Source: Vitrella brassicaformis CCMP3155
Lineage: Eukaryota > Protista > Chromerida
Length of the DNA: 64,000 bases
NCBI GenBank assembly: GCA_001179505.1
Contig: CDMY01000897.1
Span: 124,001-188,000, forward strand
Direction: 5' to 3'
Position numbers and translations under genes: made by a program. Under the pieces are notes generated by a model. That model did not search any database. It worked only from the letters and a program-made list of their open reading frames with translations, and had not been told where the DNA came from. Of this stretch, positions 38,814 through 50,484 are shown piece by piece (the first letter of the stretch is position 1; every line of letters begins with the position of its first letter).

Positions 38814-38918
38814 GACGAGAACCGGTCTACAAGGCCAGGGTGCCGCCGATGGAAGGCTTAGGGTTTGGATTGAAACCTTTTGCGAGCTGGACAGAGCTGG
38901 GAGGACGTGTGTGCCACG
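38814..38918. promoter_or_regulatory. 105-bp bidirectional promoter (FRG1-like / RPL7A) with a telo-box and TGCGAGCT
   Basis: Divergent ATGs at 38813 and 38919; TAGGGTTT at 38859-38866; TGCGAGCT at 38881-38888. Confidence 0.65.
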
Positions 38919-40426
38919 ATGGTAAGGAGAGATAGAGGTGAATCCAGTCAGTGTAGCCAGGAAAGCTCGAGAGAAGCGAGAAGCGCTTTTCTGAGGCAGG
39001 GTGGTAGATCAGGCGGGGGGATGGCACGATCTGCGTGTGCCTTGCCGCTGGCGCACAGCTGTCGCGGAAGGGATCTGTGCACTCTGCGTGTCTGCTGCAT
39101 CTCACCTCTCTGTGTGACTGGTGTGACCTGCGTGTGTTGGGTGCAGGTGAAGGGCAAGCCCACGACCAGCTCCAAGGGCAAGAAGGCCCCCCCGCCCGAC
39201 CCCTTGGCGGAGAAGCGCCCAAAGAAGACTGTAAGCAACCACTCTCACATGTGGCGCACACACGAGTCTCATCTGAGCGTCGGTGTGTTCTGTGTGTCTA
39301 TGTGCGTGCAGTCGAAGGATCCGATCTTTGAGGCCAACAAGCGCAGCTTCCGTCTTGGTGGTGACATCCTGCCCAAGCGAGACCTCAGCCGGTGAGCGAA
39401 GACACTGGCAGGGTGTGGTACGGAGGAGAGGTTTGGTGTCCCTGTGTGTTGGTTGTATGTGTGTGTGTGTGCATCGATCAGTTACGTCAAGTGGCCGCAC
39501 TACATCAAGTTGCAGCGTCAGCGTCGCATTCTGCTGGCGCGCCTCAAGGTGCCCCCCGCACTCAACCAGTTCAACAACACATGCTCAAAGGAAATGGTAT
39601 GTGCGTCCCGGCGGTCGACACACACACACACACCATTACACCAGTCAGCCACTCGATGACCGTCGAGCACGCTTCTGTGTGTCCCTGTCCTCGATGCAAC
39701 TGTCAGGCTGGCCGCGTGTTAGCTCTGTTCAACAAGTACAAGCCGGAGACCCACGCTGAGCGACGGCAGCGGTGAGGGACCACACTGAGTGACGCACTCG
39801 TGACGACCAGCTGTGCACATCTCCTCCTCGCCATCTGTGCGTGTGTTTGGGTGTTGGTGGGTGCAGTATGCAGCGTGAGGCTCAGCAGCAGGCGGAGGGC
39901 GGCGACGTGACCATGGGGAGCAGGAAGCCCTACCTCATCAAGTTCGGCCTCAACCACATCACCGACCTCGTCGAAAACAAGATCGCGAAGCTCGTTGTCA
40001 TCGCTCACGACGTCGACCCCATCGAACTGGTTGGCATGCAAACACACACACACACACCTCTGCAGAGAATCCTCCATCACTTCGTATGCCTGTTTGTTTC
40101 TGTCCACTTGTGTGCAGGTCGTGTGGCTGCCTGCGCTGTGCCGTCGCAAGGACGTGCCGTACTGCATCATCAAGGGCAAGTCCCGGCTGGGCCAGCTGGT
40201 GCACCAGAAGACGGCTGCCGCCGTGGCGCTGTCGGAGGTGCGCAAGGAGGACACGGCGGCGATGGAGCAGCTGCGCAACGAGTGCCGCATCATGTTCAAC
40301 GACAACACCAAGGTGCAGCGTGAGGGCAGCAAGGGCAGCAGGGGCGTCAAGAGCCAGCACATCCAGGACCGCAGGGAGCGACTCGCCAAGCAGGAGGAGG
40401 AAAAGAAACTCAAGACACGCATCTGA
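38919..40426 (+). CDS. RPL7A: 60S ribosomal protein L7a (eL8), divergent
   Basis: ATG|gtaag at 38919-38921, then exons: [112 protein letters not shown]; TGA at 40426. Confidence 0.93.
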
Positions 40427-41354
40427 AGGACCACGCAGATGGAGGGATGGATGGACGTGATAGACAGACGTGATGGACGGGCTGAATTCGGTCCGGGCGT
40501 CTGGATGGCTTCCCCTTTCGGTGCTTCCCTCCGAAGGGGGCAGGGGTCCAGGCAGGTGGGCGGTGTTCGGCCATCCATTGGTCTGTCTGTTTTGTCTTGT
40601 CTGTCTGGTGTGTGCACGGGACGCGTGTGCGAGACAGACGCTGCTGCGTGGCGTGTGCTCGATTCCTTCGTGTGTGCCTGCATTCATTCATCCAAATGAG
40701 TGGACCGATTTGAATGAATGAAATGGATGAATGTTGGAGTTGGCGTTGAAGTAACCGAAAGCGACCAGAGCGTGAATCAATGTGTGGTGTGGTTGTGTGT
40801 ATGGTGCAGAGGATATACAGCTGCACCGACGCACCGTGGGTGAATCCAACAGCGTGGTTTATTCATCATCCACACCATACGACAGCCAGCAGAGCGTCAT
40901 CCACCCATCATGAAAGAGTTTCGCCCAGTGTCCACCTTCGTGTGTGTAATGTAGATGCCATGTGAAAATTGCGTGTTCCGTCTCGTAGCTCGTCACTGCC
41001 CCGATAGACAGACAGACAGACATTTTCCTTGCCTCTTCATTGGCACAGACCTCCCCATCCACCCCCCTCCCCCGGCCCATCGCGACTAGAGACAGAAAAA
41101 GGCAGGTACCAAAGACTTGACGGTCGTCAGGTGTGTGGCGATGCAATGCAGCTCGGCCAGTGAGTGGGTGGATGGATGAATGTGTCACATATACACATAT
41201 ACACATACATATGTACACCACAGTTAAGTCATTCGTTGCGTAAAGTGTGGTCCCTCTCTCCCCCTCTCCCCGACCAGACCAACGCCCCCCCAGAAAAAAA
41301 AAAAGGAAAGAAAAAACCCCGTGTTCGCTTCCCTCCACCGCATCAAATCCATCC

Positions 41355-43538
41355 TCATCTATCGCCCGACGGCACACCGACGGATGAATCCATAGAGATC
41401 TCTGTCAAGTCGCCCTCTAAGCTGCTGGCGGCGTCGGTGTGCGCCACGCCCATGTCACCGGCCGGCCGGGCGGGGATGCCGTCGACCTCTGCTGCCCGGG
41501 GAATCTCAGCGATGGCCTGCTTGCCGCTGAGGGAGTCGATCTTGGCCTTGCTGGCAGCAGTGGAGTCGGATGGGCGGCCCTTCAGGTAGGGCGACTCGTC
41601 GATGGACACGCCGCTGGTCTCCAACACAAACAGAAAGACGAACACACACGCGAAGAGACTGCAGCCTGCACACACAGAGGGGTGAGAGCAAATGTGGGTC
41701 CATCCGTTCCTGTGTGTGGGTCGGTGTATATGTGTGGTGATGTACATGAGAAGATGGAGAAGATGAGTGTGTTGTTGAGCACTTTGGTCAGGAAGACCAC
41801 CGCAATACACGCCACCCAGTTGAGTGCCGATGCACTCCCCACAGCAGGACCCTTGATCTCCACCGGGTATATCTCGTTGAGGTAAACCCACAGCACCGGC
41901 CCGTACGCAATGGCAAAGAACACCACATAGCCGAAAACCGAGGCCACCGGCAGCCATATCATGACGCCGGCACTAACGGCGCCCGACCCGATCAGCAGCA
42001 GCACGGCGGTCGGGGCGGTGGCGACGAACTGGCCAATGGTGCCAATCACCAGGAGTTTCCTCCTCCCCGCCCAGTCGATGGCTTTGACAGTCACCAGGGT
42101 GAGGATGACGTTCATGACGCCCATGCAGGTCGACAGCAGGGTGGCCCGGCCGCCCGTGAAGCCCGCCTGCTCGAAGATGTGATTAGACGCTGCGATGAAG
42201 GCGTTGATGCCGCTCAGCTGCTGAAAGGCAGACAGCACCCAACCCACCAGCAGGGCGTATCGGTACCAGGGGTCGCGGAAGGCATCGAAGAGCCCCACTG
42301 TCTTCTTCTCGGATGCTCTGCGCTCCTCCACATTGCGTTGAATGTCGTCCAGCTTCGCCTGGGCCGTCTGTGCCTCGGCGTCTGCCTCGCCCGACGTGCA
42401 GTACATTTTCTCGAGGATGGGCAGGGCCTGGTCGGCCTTTCCCTCCTCAACCAGGAAGTGGGGCGTCTCGAAGGGGAAAACGAAGAGGAATATGGTGAGA
42501 GAGATGATGGAAGGCACGGCGCTGAAGCCGAGCATGAAGCGCCACCAGAGGGCCTCTCGCGTCGGGATGGTGTCAGGCGATGGCCAGTCCTGGGGATCGT
42601 TGCGCTGGACGTTGCCGAGGGCGATGGCCACCATGATGCCCACTGTGATCAGCAGCTGATTCATCACGCTGACACACACATACACACACAAACAGAGAAG
42701 AGTCAGGCATTGACCACCTCCCTCCCTCCCTCTCTCTCTCCCTCTCCTCCCTCACCCGTAAGCGCCCCTCTTGTCGGCGGGGGTGACCTCAGATATGTAC
42801 ATGGGCACAGCGACGGTCGCCACGCCCACACCGACACCCACAATGATGCGGGACAAGAGCAGCGACCAGAAGTCCAGTGAGGCGGCCGACAGCAGAGACC
42901 CCACAATGAAGAGGAGGTGGGCGATCATCAGCGTCCGCCTCCGCCCACGGTGCATCCACCTGCCGCCCAGCAGGCACCCCACAGCTGCGGAAACAAGGAA
43001 AGCAGGTTGGAACCAGTGTGTGTGTGTGTGTGCGCTTTCTGACCTGCGCCAACGAAGACCCCCGCGGTGATGGCACCGTCACGATTGCGGGCGGCATCGC
43101 ACTCTGAACGAGAAGCACGAACACAGCTGTCCATACATCACTTCTCACCAGCCAACGAACTCACCAGCTGTGAGTTCGTCTTGGCCGCACCATTTCATCA
43201 GCAGGACGATCTGACCAACACAACACACGGGAAGCACAAATGCGCCACGTGGTGAGGGCTCTCGCCCCTTCCCTCCCGCCGATCACCTACCATCTTGAGG
43301 CAGGTGTTGAGGACAGCCAGGTTGTAGCCGAACTATACACATAGGCACAAGCACACGGTGAATTGTCCAACATCCCACGCATCGGGCGGCATAGAGGCAC
43401 ACAGACAGACGGAGAGCCGCCATGCCGCCCCTCTCCCCCTTCTCTCACCTGGAAGGACCCGAGTGTGGCGTTGGTCACAACCTGCAGCAGCCACCACTTG
43501 GAGGGGCCCGAGACCTCGCCCTTCATGGCCGTCATCAT
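41355..43538 (-). CDS. Sugar porter (hexose transporter, PfHT1/TgGT1-like)
   Basis: LGSFQFGYNLAVLN, GRR, PMYISEVTPADKRGAYGVMNQLLITVGI, WWRFMLG, PFETP, FQQLSGINAF, IDWAGRRKLL, YGPVLWVYLNEIYPVEIKG, FVLETSG. Confidence 0.93.
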
Positions 43539-44186
43539 GATTTCCTCTTCTCGCGGGAAAGTCTCACCTTTTTCTCAGGCCGTTAAACCGTTGAGATGGG
43601 AAGGGAGTTTTTTCCCTGTGTGGCATGATGACATCAACGGCGCTTCCCAGATGTGGAAACGGCGCTGGGGGACCAGTGGGCGACCACCGAAAACTCACTT
43701 TAATTGTTTTGTCTTGATCGAATCATCGGCTCTCCTTGGGCTCTCCCTCACAGCACAGCACGAGGCATCCGCTGGGCAGCCAGCGCCTCATCGACCTGGC
43801 GCGGCCCTCCCATGGCGTGGCCCTCCCATCCTGCCTGCCTGCCTGTCTGTCTGTCTGTCTATTTGACTGTCGGTCTCTGTCTGCACACGCATGTCTCCCC
43901 AGGTAAAATTCGACCATTTCCGGCCACAACCGCTCACTTCACAACTATCGGCAGGTAGTGTCATACAGCTGTGCACAGGTCACCTTACTGCAAACCTTAC
44001 TCGCTTCAACAACAGCAAGCACATTGCCGCAGGCCAAACAAACAGGTCTGTACACAGGGTAAGTTGACCAAACTTCATTCGTCTGTCGGTCGGTTGCAAG
44101 CCGGCACAGACCGTCCTTTATTGTCAGGGACACCAACGACACAGCAGCTAGGCCCGCCATCCACCCTCCCCTTGGCCATCATGATT

Positions 44187-46544
44187 CTATCTGAAGTCCT
44201 TCACCTCGACCGAATCGCTCGTCACACTCACCATACGGCTGTCAATCTCTGACAACACCCAACACATACACACAGACACCAGCAACATATCATCGGGCGA
44301 TTCATTGGCTGCCGTGTTGAGCTAAAGGCATACCGCGATACAGCGGCGCGAGTCGGTCTTCGTGGTCGTGGAAGCCGCCCTTGGGGCAGGTCCGCAGATA
44401 GGCCAGGCCGTAGTCAGTGAGCATGAAGTAACCAACCCGCCCAGCACCGCCGGCCATCTGTGGCGCCACAACTATGGCGATTGACTCGGGAAGCAGCGCC
44501 TGCAGCCAGCGAGACCGGCAGCCAGCACAGCATGTGTGAGTGTGTGTGTCATGAGGGAGGGTGTGTGTGTGTGTGCGTGTGTGCGTGTGTGCCGTGTTGC
44601 AGTTGGTGACATACCTGGTATGCAAAGTGGTTGTGAAGGTCGATGCTTGACATGAAGCACGTCTGAGAGGGAAAGACATCAGCACCGTCGATGAAAATGT
44701 CGACAATAACAATCTCACTCACCTGTGTCGGGTGGGTGTGTATCCACCCCACGGTCATCAGGCCCCGCTCCATTTGCCACGCGAACAGCTCCTCCTCGTT
44801 CAGGGCCTCTGACACGACACGACCACAAACGATACATTACCAGCACACACGCGGGCGGAGATACGATTGCACAGGCGTGGTATGTGTGCATTAGGCCTGC
44901 CTCACCGCAGGTGTTAGCGGTGCCCTTCTGACGAGGGAACAGCAGATGACTTATTCGCACAACTGTAGAAAGCCATACACACACGCGCGCAGCGGGACCA
45001 ATGACCCATCCCGACCGACAGACAGACTCACACACCTCCCTGAATGCCTCCCGCTTGCTGACCTTTTGGTGATGTCGTGCCATCCACATGGCCTGATAGG
45101 ATGGCACATGTCTCGATCTCCTGGCTCGTGTTGGGGTAGGCAATCGCCACAAAGGTCTCAATCAGGTCACTCGGCATGACAACAGCCAAGTTCTGCTCGC
45201 CACCCACCGCCCAGTCACACCCAGCAGCAGGCGCCGTCGCCACCGGCTGCTCATCGGCCCAAGGAGGGGCCGTGGGCATCACCTGACTGCACACAACATA
45301 TACAGACAGGCAAGTGCATGGGGGAGAGAGAGATATCTCACCTCATCATGACGGAGGGCTGCGATTGGTTGGCCGCTGCTGCGGTTGTCGGCTGGTTGGG
45401 CTGACCGGCGCCGAGCTGCGACAGGTGGCGCAGCTTGGAACTCGCGAAAGGGCTGCTGGCCGCCGTAGAACTGATGGATGGATGGATGAGACAAAAGAAG
45501 GCAGACAAACCCACATCAATCCATGGTGCATCAAATCACGGCGTTCCACTCTGTTCGCTCACTCATGCGATGTAGGCGACTTCGCCGACGTTGCCAGCGC
45601 CACATGGTCGTGCATATGGCGCCCCCGCAGTCTATTCGGCTCCAGATCGTCCCCATCGAACGGCCCGGCACCCGCAACACCGAATGTCCTTCTCTCATCC
45701 GAAGCGCGGCCAGCACGGGGAGCCGCTCCATTGGACAGAGTTGGCGGTGAGGGCGCGTCCTGGACGACGGACGGTGCGACGTCGGGGGTTTCTGTCAGCC
45801 GAAGTCCGATCTTCTCCTTCAGAGCCTGCACACACAACACGTTCGACGGACAGACACTCTCAAGCGAGCAGGTCGTGTGTGTTGTTTTACCTCCAACTCG
45901 GTCAGGTACGCCTTGACCTTCTGCTCCTTGGCGAAGTTCTGACGATGAAACGATGAACAACACACATACACACACCCAGGCCAGGGAGGGAAAGAAATAG
46001 GCGGGGAGAGATGCAGTCATGCTGTGTGTGTCGCATCGATCGCATGTCGGCCAGCAGGGCCTTGCCGCTGGTTAGCTTACGTCTTTTCTGTACTGTGGCG
46101 TGTTGTAGGCGTTGTGCTTTTTGATGACAGAAGTGAAGAAGCGGCAATACTTGTACATGTCCAAGAACAAAGAATCCATCTCCTCAGCCCGGTTGCTCCG
46201 CGTGTCCTGAACACACACACGCGCCACCACCTCGTAGAAACGGCCGTCCTTCTGCAGAGTGTGTATGAGTACTTACATTGATTTTGAGCTCCAGTCGGTC
46301 CATTGTCTGGTGAAGCCGCGACAGGAGAATGGTGTTGTTGGGACTGAAGGACAAGCAGACACGACGGACGAACAAACAAGCAAACAAACAAACAAGCGGG
46401 GGAGTCGTCACAGTATGACGCGTTATATGCACTTGTGTGTGCCTTGTGTGCCATCATGTGCCACACTGACGTGAATGTGTCGGCATCGACGCTGTCTTTC
46501 AGTTTTCGAATGTACTCATCCAACGCTGGACGACCACTGCCCAT
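44187..46544 (-). CDS. AMSH: AMSH/STAMBP-like JAMM deubiquitinase with an N-terminal USP8-dimer/MIT-like domain
   Basis: JAMM motif [18 protein letters not shown]; also [33 protein letters not shown]...CPKGGFHDH. Last exon [23 protein letters not shown] (44187). N-terminal [22 protein letters not shown]. Confidence 0.9.
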
Positions 46545-46711
46545 AATCACGACGCAATCACGAGATGAAAAACCTTCAGTTTTCGCTTCTCCACGGGAAT
46601 GGTGTGGTGGGAAGCCCTTTTTCCCCGCAAGAAGTGAGTTGGGGTGCTTCCCCGCTCAGAAGGGAGAGAGAAGTGCGAGCTCAGATGTATCGCTGGGAGG
46701 CAGATCAACCC
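46545..46711. promoter_or_regulatory. Bidirectional promoter (AMSH / small coiled-coil gene) with TGCGAGCTCAGATGT
   Basis: Divergent ATGs at 46544 and 46712; 15-mer at 46674-46688. Confidence 0.55.
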
Positions 46712-47251
46712 ATGACATCGCCGAGCTCGTCTTCAGCGCCGCCACTAGCAGCCTCGTCGGCAGACGTCAGGGCGAACAAGATCCTGGTGAGTAGAGAGAG
46801 AGAGAGGCCGAGAAAGTGCCCTTTCCTCATCTGTGTGCCGAACGTGTAGGACATCGTTCGGCGTGTCCGGAGTGAGCAGGCGCAGCTGTTTGAGGCCCAC
46901 ATGAAGCTGGAGCTGGGGCTGCCCGACCTGCAGCAACAATACGAAGAGCAGACATCAGGTAGGTAGGGGAGAGACGAGGGCAACGCCGCCAGACAGCCAT
47001 TCTCCCGCACTTCCTCCGTGCAGATCAGGAGCGGCGTTTCTGTTCAGATGCGGATTCGTCGTTCGAGGTCAAAGGGGCCGCCATGAAGGCACTCATACAA
47101 AAGGTATGTCAGACAGACAGACAGACAAGGAGAGCGGCGGGCCCTCCACATGACCGATCTCCTCGTGTGTGTCTTGGCGTGGTGTTGTCCATCCATCCAT
47201 CCATCCGTCCATCCGTCCTCTCAGATGCAGGAGATAAATCAGCTCCTGTAA
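46712..47251 (+). CDS. Small four-exon coiled-coil hypothetical protein (about 105 aa)
   Basis: MTSPSSSS...RANKIL|DIVRRVRSEQAQLFEAHMKLELGLPDLQQQYEEQTS|DQERRF...MKALIQK|MQEINQLL-TAA with canonical phase-matched introns. An alternative upstream ATG lies at 46685. Confidence 0.7.
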
Positions 47252-49160
47252 GCTAAGCTGCACGTCCCGTCCGCCTGATGCACTGCACGTTCAAACACTC
47301 ACTGCCTTCACATTAATGCCTTTCTGTCCTTTTCCTCTGTCTCCCTCTCTGTCAGGGGCACGCTTCCCTCTCTGCAGCAGCCGCCTTCCCTCTCACACGA
47401 GCAGGCGGCCAAGCCGGGCGACACACACGAGGCGGCGGCCAGCAAGGGCCCAGCGGTGCCTCCAGCGCAGCAGCTGCGCTGAGGCCCAATGAGGGATGGC
47501 AGTGAGGGAGGGAGAGGGGGACGAGCGTGTTGATATTGAGGAGAGGCGGGATTCTCTGTGTGCGCATATTGGGTGGGAATGGGATGGTTGACTTGAGTTA
47601 ACACATTGCACTTACTTAGCAAACATATGATGGCATGGACGAAAAGTTCCGTCGCCTTGTTTGTTACTAAATCTGTCAGTCAGTCAGGGCACTTCGATCA
47701 CTTGACAGACAGACACGGCCGACCACAATAAAAGCGGCAGATAGATCGACTTGTCACACACCACACCACACAGCACACCACGGCAGGCAGGCAGACACGG
47801 CACGGCACGAAAGGAAATACAAACCAACGAGAGGGAGGGAGGAAGAGAGAGGGAGAGGGAGAGGGAGGGAGGAAGCATCAGGCAACCGTGGGAGGCTTTG
47901 CGGCCTTTCTGTCCATTTCCTTATCATCCCATACCCACACTCATGGACACACACCCACCCAGCTACTCTCCGGCAGACAGACAGACAGCTGCACACACAT
48001 CCATCCATCCATCTCCACAGCCACCCGCACCCGCACACGCGCCATTGCCCTGGGCTGCCTGTCAATATTGTTGCATTACGGGAAGAGCAGACGAGAGAGA
48101 GGCAGAGAGAGACCTCAGTTGTAAGTGTGCAGGCCAGGCGTGTAAGTGAGTGAACATAGTCAATAAAAAAGTAAGAAGCCGTGGAAGTACGTGTGGATGG
48201 ATGGATGGATGTGTGTGTATGTGCATCGCTGGGCGACCTGCCTGCCTGCCTGCCTGCTTGCCTGCCTGCTTCAACAGAGAGAGAGAGAGAGAGAGAATGA
48301 GTGGGGGCGTTGGGTGCGATGGAGCGATCGATCGGTGAACCCGGCGGGCAGGCGGGCAGGTGGCTATACACACACACACACACACATTCACACACGCACG
48401 GTGTGGATGAGGGCACGCCGTCAGTCACAGATAAGATACGAGCAAACAAAGAACATGGTGGCGTGGCGGATGAATGGATGAGGGTGTGGGTGAGGGTGTG
48501 GATGTGTGTCTGCATCACATCACACGCAGGCGTGACAAACACGCCTACCTACCTACGGGTGTGTACCAGCCAACCAAGGACACGACCTAGGAGTGTATGT
48601 GTGTGTGTATGTTAGTTCCCCGTCCGTCCGTCCGGCCCTCTGGGACCCATTGCATCCACTCACTCACGTCCGACCCTTCACGCAGGCAGACCAGGCAGGC
48701 AGCTATGCCCACCCTACCCTACCCCACCCTCCCCCCCTGTGCTGTCCTGTGCGTCAGTCAAAAAGTGCCCCTCCCCTTTTCTTCCCCACAGTCCGTCCAT
48801 CCATCCCTCCCTTACTCACTCAACTCACTCGGCCGGCCAGTCGAAGCCATCGTGCAAGACAGACCGCAAGGCAAGCCGACACACTGACTGATGGATACTG
48901 CTGCCAGGCCATATGCTATGTGCGTGTGTGAAGCGACGTCGCACCTACCGTACGCCACGCCACCCAGAGAGAGGGCTAGGTAGCCAGCTAAGCTGCCCAA
49001 AAACAGCACAGCAGCTCGGCTCGCTTGACCAATTGAATTAACAGCAATGAAGCTACAAACGACAATTAAGAAACAAAAGAACCATCCACACACACACCCA
49101 TCCATCCCTTCAGACAGACAGACAGACAGGGCCACCTGTCGTGCCAATCAAGACAGTCAG

Positions 49161-50452
49161 TCACTCTGATACGGCCCTGTCCACCCGGGTGGCGGGTGGC
49201 TTCAGGTACGTCACACTCACACCCACTCCCCCCCTCTGCTGCTGCTGCTGCTGCTGCCCACCAGACAAGATTGTCAGTGCATCCCTATCCCCCACAGCAC
49301 CATCCCTGTTAACCCCACCCTGCCCGAGTGCTTGCAGAGCCCCACCAAGGCGCTGTCGCACCTCAGCGGCAGTCAGCCCCGCAACGGCGGGATCGCGAGC
49401 CGGCGACCGAGGCGGAGACGGCGGTGAGTGCATGTCACGCCGTGGCGTGACGATGGCTTCTGTCGAGGGCGGCGAGAGAGCGGAGGTGACAGAGGGCGGG
49501 GAGAGGGCGGGGTCGTCTCCTTGGGCCTCTTCGAGAGGGGGTGGGGGGCAGGACGGTCCGATGCGGGTGATCGCACCCATGCTGCGTCCAGGGGCCCCCG
49601 ACTTGAGCATCTTCTCCCTCAGAGTGGCGACCGTGACTGTCGCCGGCGGCCGACTGGCTTGCCGATGGCTCGTGGGGCCTTTGTGCTGCATCATGGGATT
49701 GCTGCTGCGGTCACTCCCGGGGGTGTTCTTCCGCTGCAGCATGGCGGCCTCGGTCATGGCGATGGATGCAGGCGGCCGGGGGGGCAGTCTGTGTTTGTTG
49801 GCCTGGCGCATCATGAGGGCGATGTTGTGGGGAATGGACACGGGCGACTGTGCGGGAGCGAGCGGGAGGGGCGGGACGGCTGGGTAAGGGTGGGCTGACG
49901 TGTCGTTGGAGGGCGGGGGAGGGGGCAGCCGCGTGGCCAGCCCGGCCAGCATCCTCGACGCGCTCACAGAGTTGAGCGACCTGGACCTCTCGAGCTTCTC
50001 CTGCCTAACGAGGCCGGCTGGGATCGACATAGGCATGTTCTGGTGAGAGGTCGCGGGGTGCTGGCTCTGCCTTGACTGCCCGCTGCCGCCCAGCCCTCCG
50101 AACAAGTTCATGTCGAATCGCTCGAAGAAGGATGCCTCTCCCCTGCTGGTTGAGGCGGGGGTGAGCGAGGCCACCCGCGGGATGCGCGAGGCGGATGAGC
50201 CGAGTGCCTCGCCCTTGCTGTTGGTGCGAGGGGTGAGGGGGTTGTGCTGCGCGAGTTGGCCGCCGGTGTTGGCGGCCCGGAGGGAGAAGGGGAGGGAGCC
50301 GACGTTGGAGACGTACGAGTCCTGCGCCGCGACGGGCTGGTTGTAGTAGGGCGACTCGCTGTCGTTGACAATGTACGAGTTGACGGGCCGGTCCACCACC
50401 ATGACCTCCTTGTGGTACTTGAACACAAACCGACTGCAGTGGTGGACATCAC

Positions 50453-50484
<32 letters not shown>

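Noticed and set aside
38922-39146. Longer first intron of RPL7A as a possible snoRNA host
   Set aside because: A CTGA is present, but there is no convincing C box (RUGAUGA), terminal stem or H/ACA structure.
47300-49100. Cluster of short ORFs in the long intergenic/UTR region
   Set aside because: Composed of microsatellite translations (CVCV, THTH, RERE) with no coding bias.
48812-49147. Hydrophobic 111-aa minus-strand ORF just downstream of the cyclase stop
   Set aside because: It begins in microsatellite sequence, lacks GC3 bias, and most likely lies in the 3' UTR.
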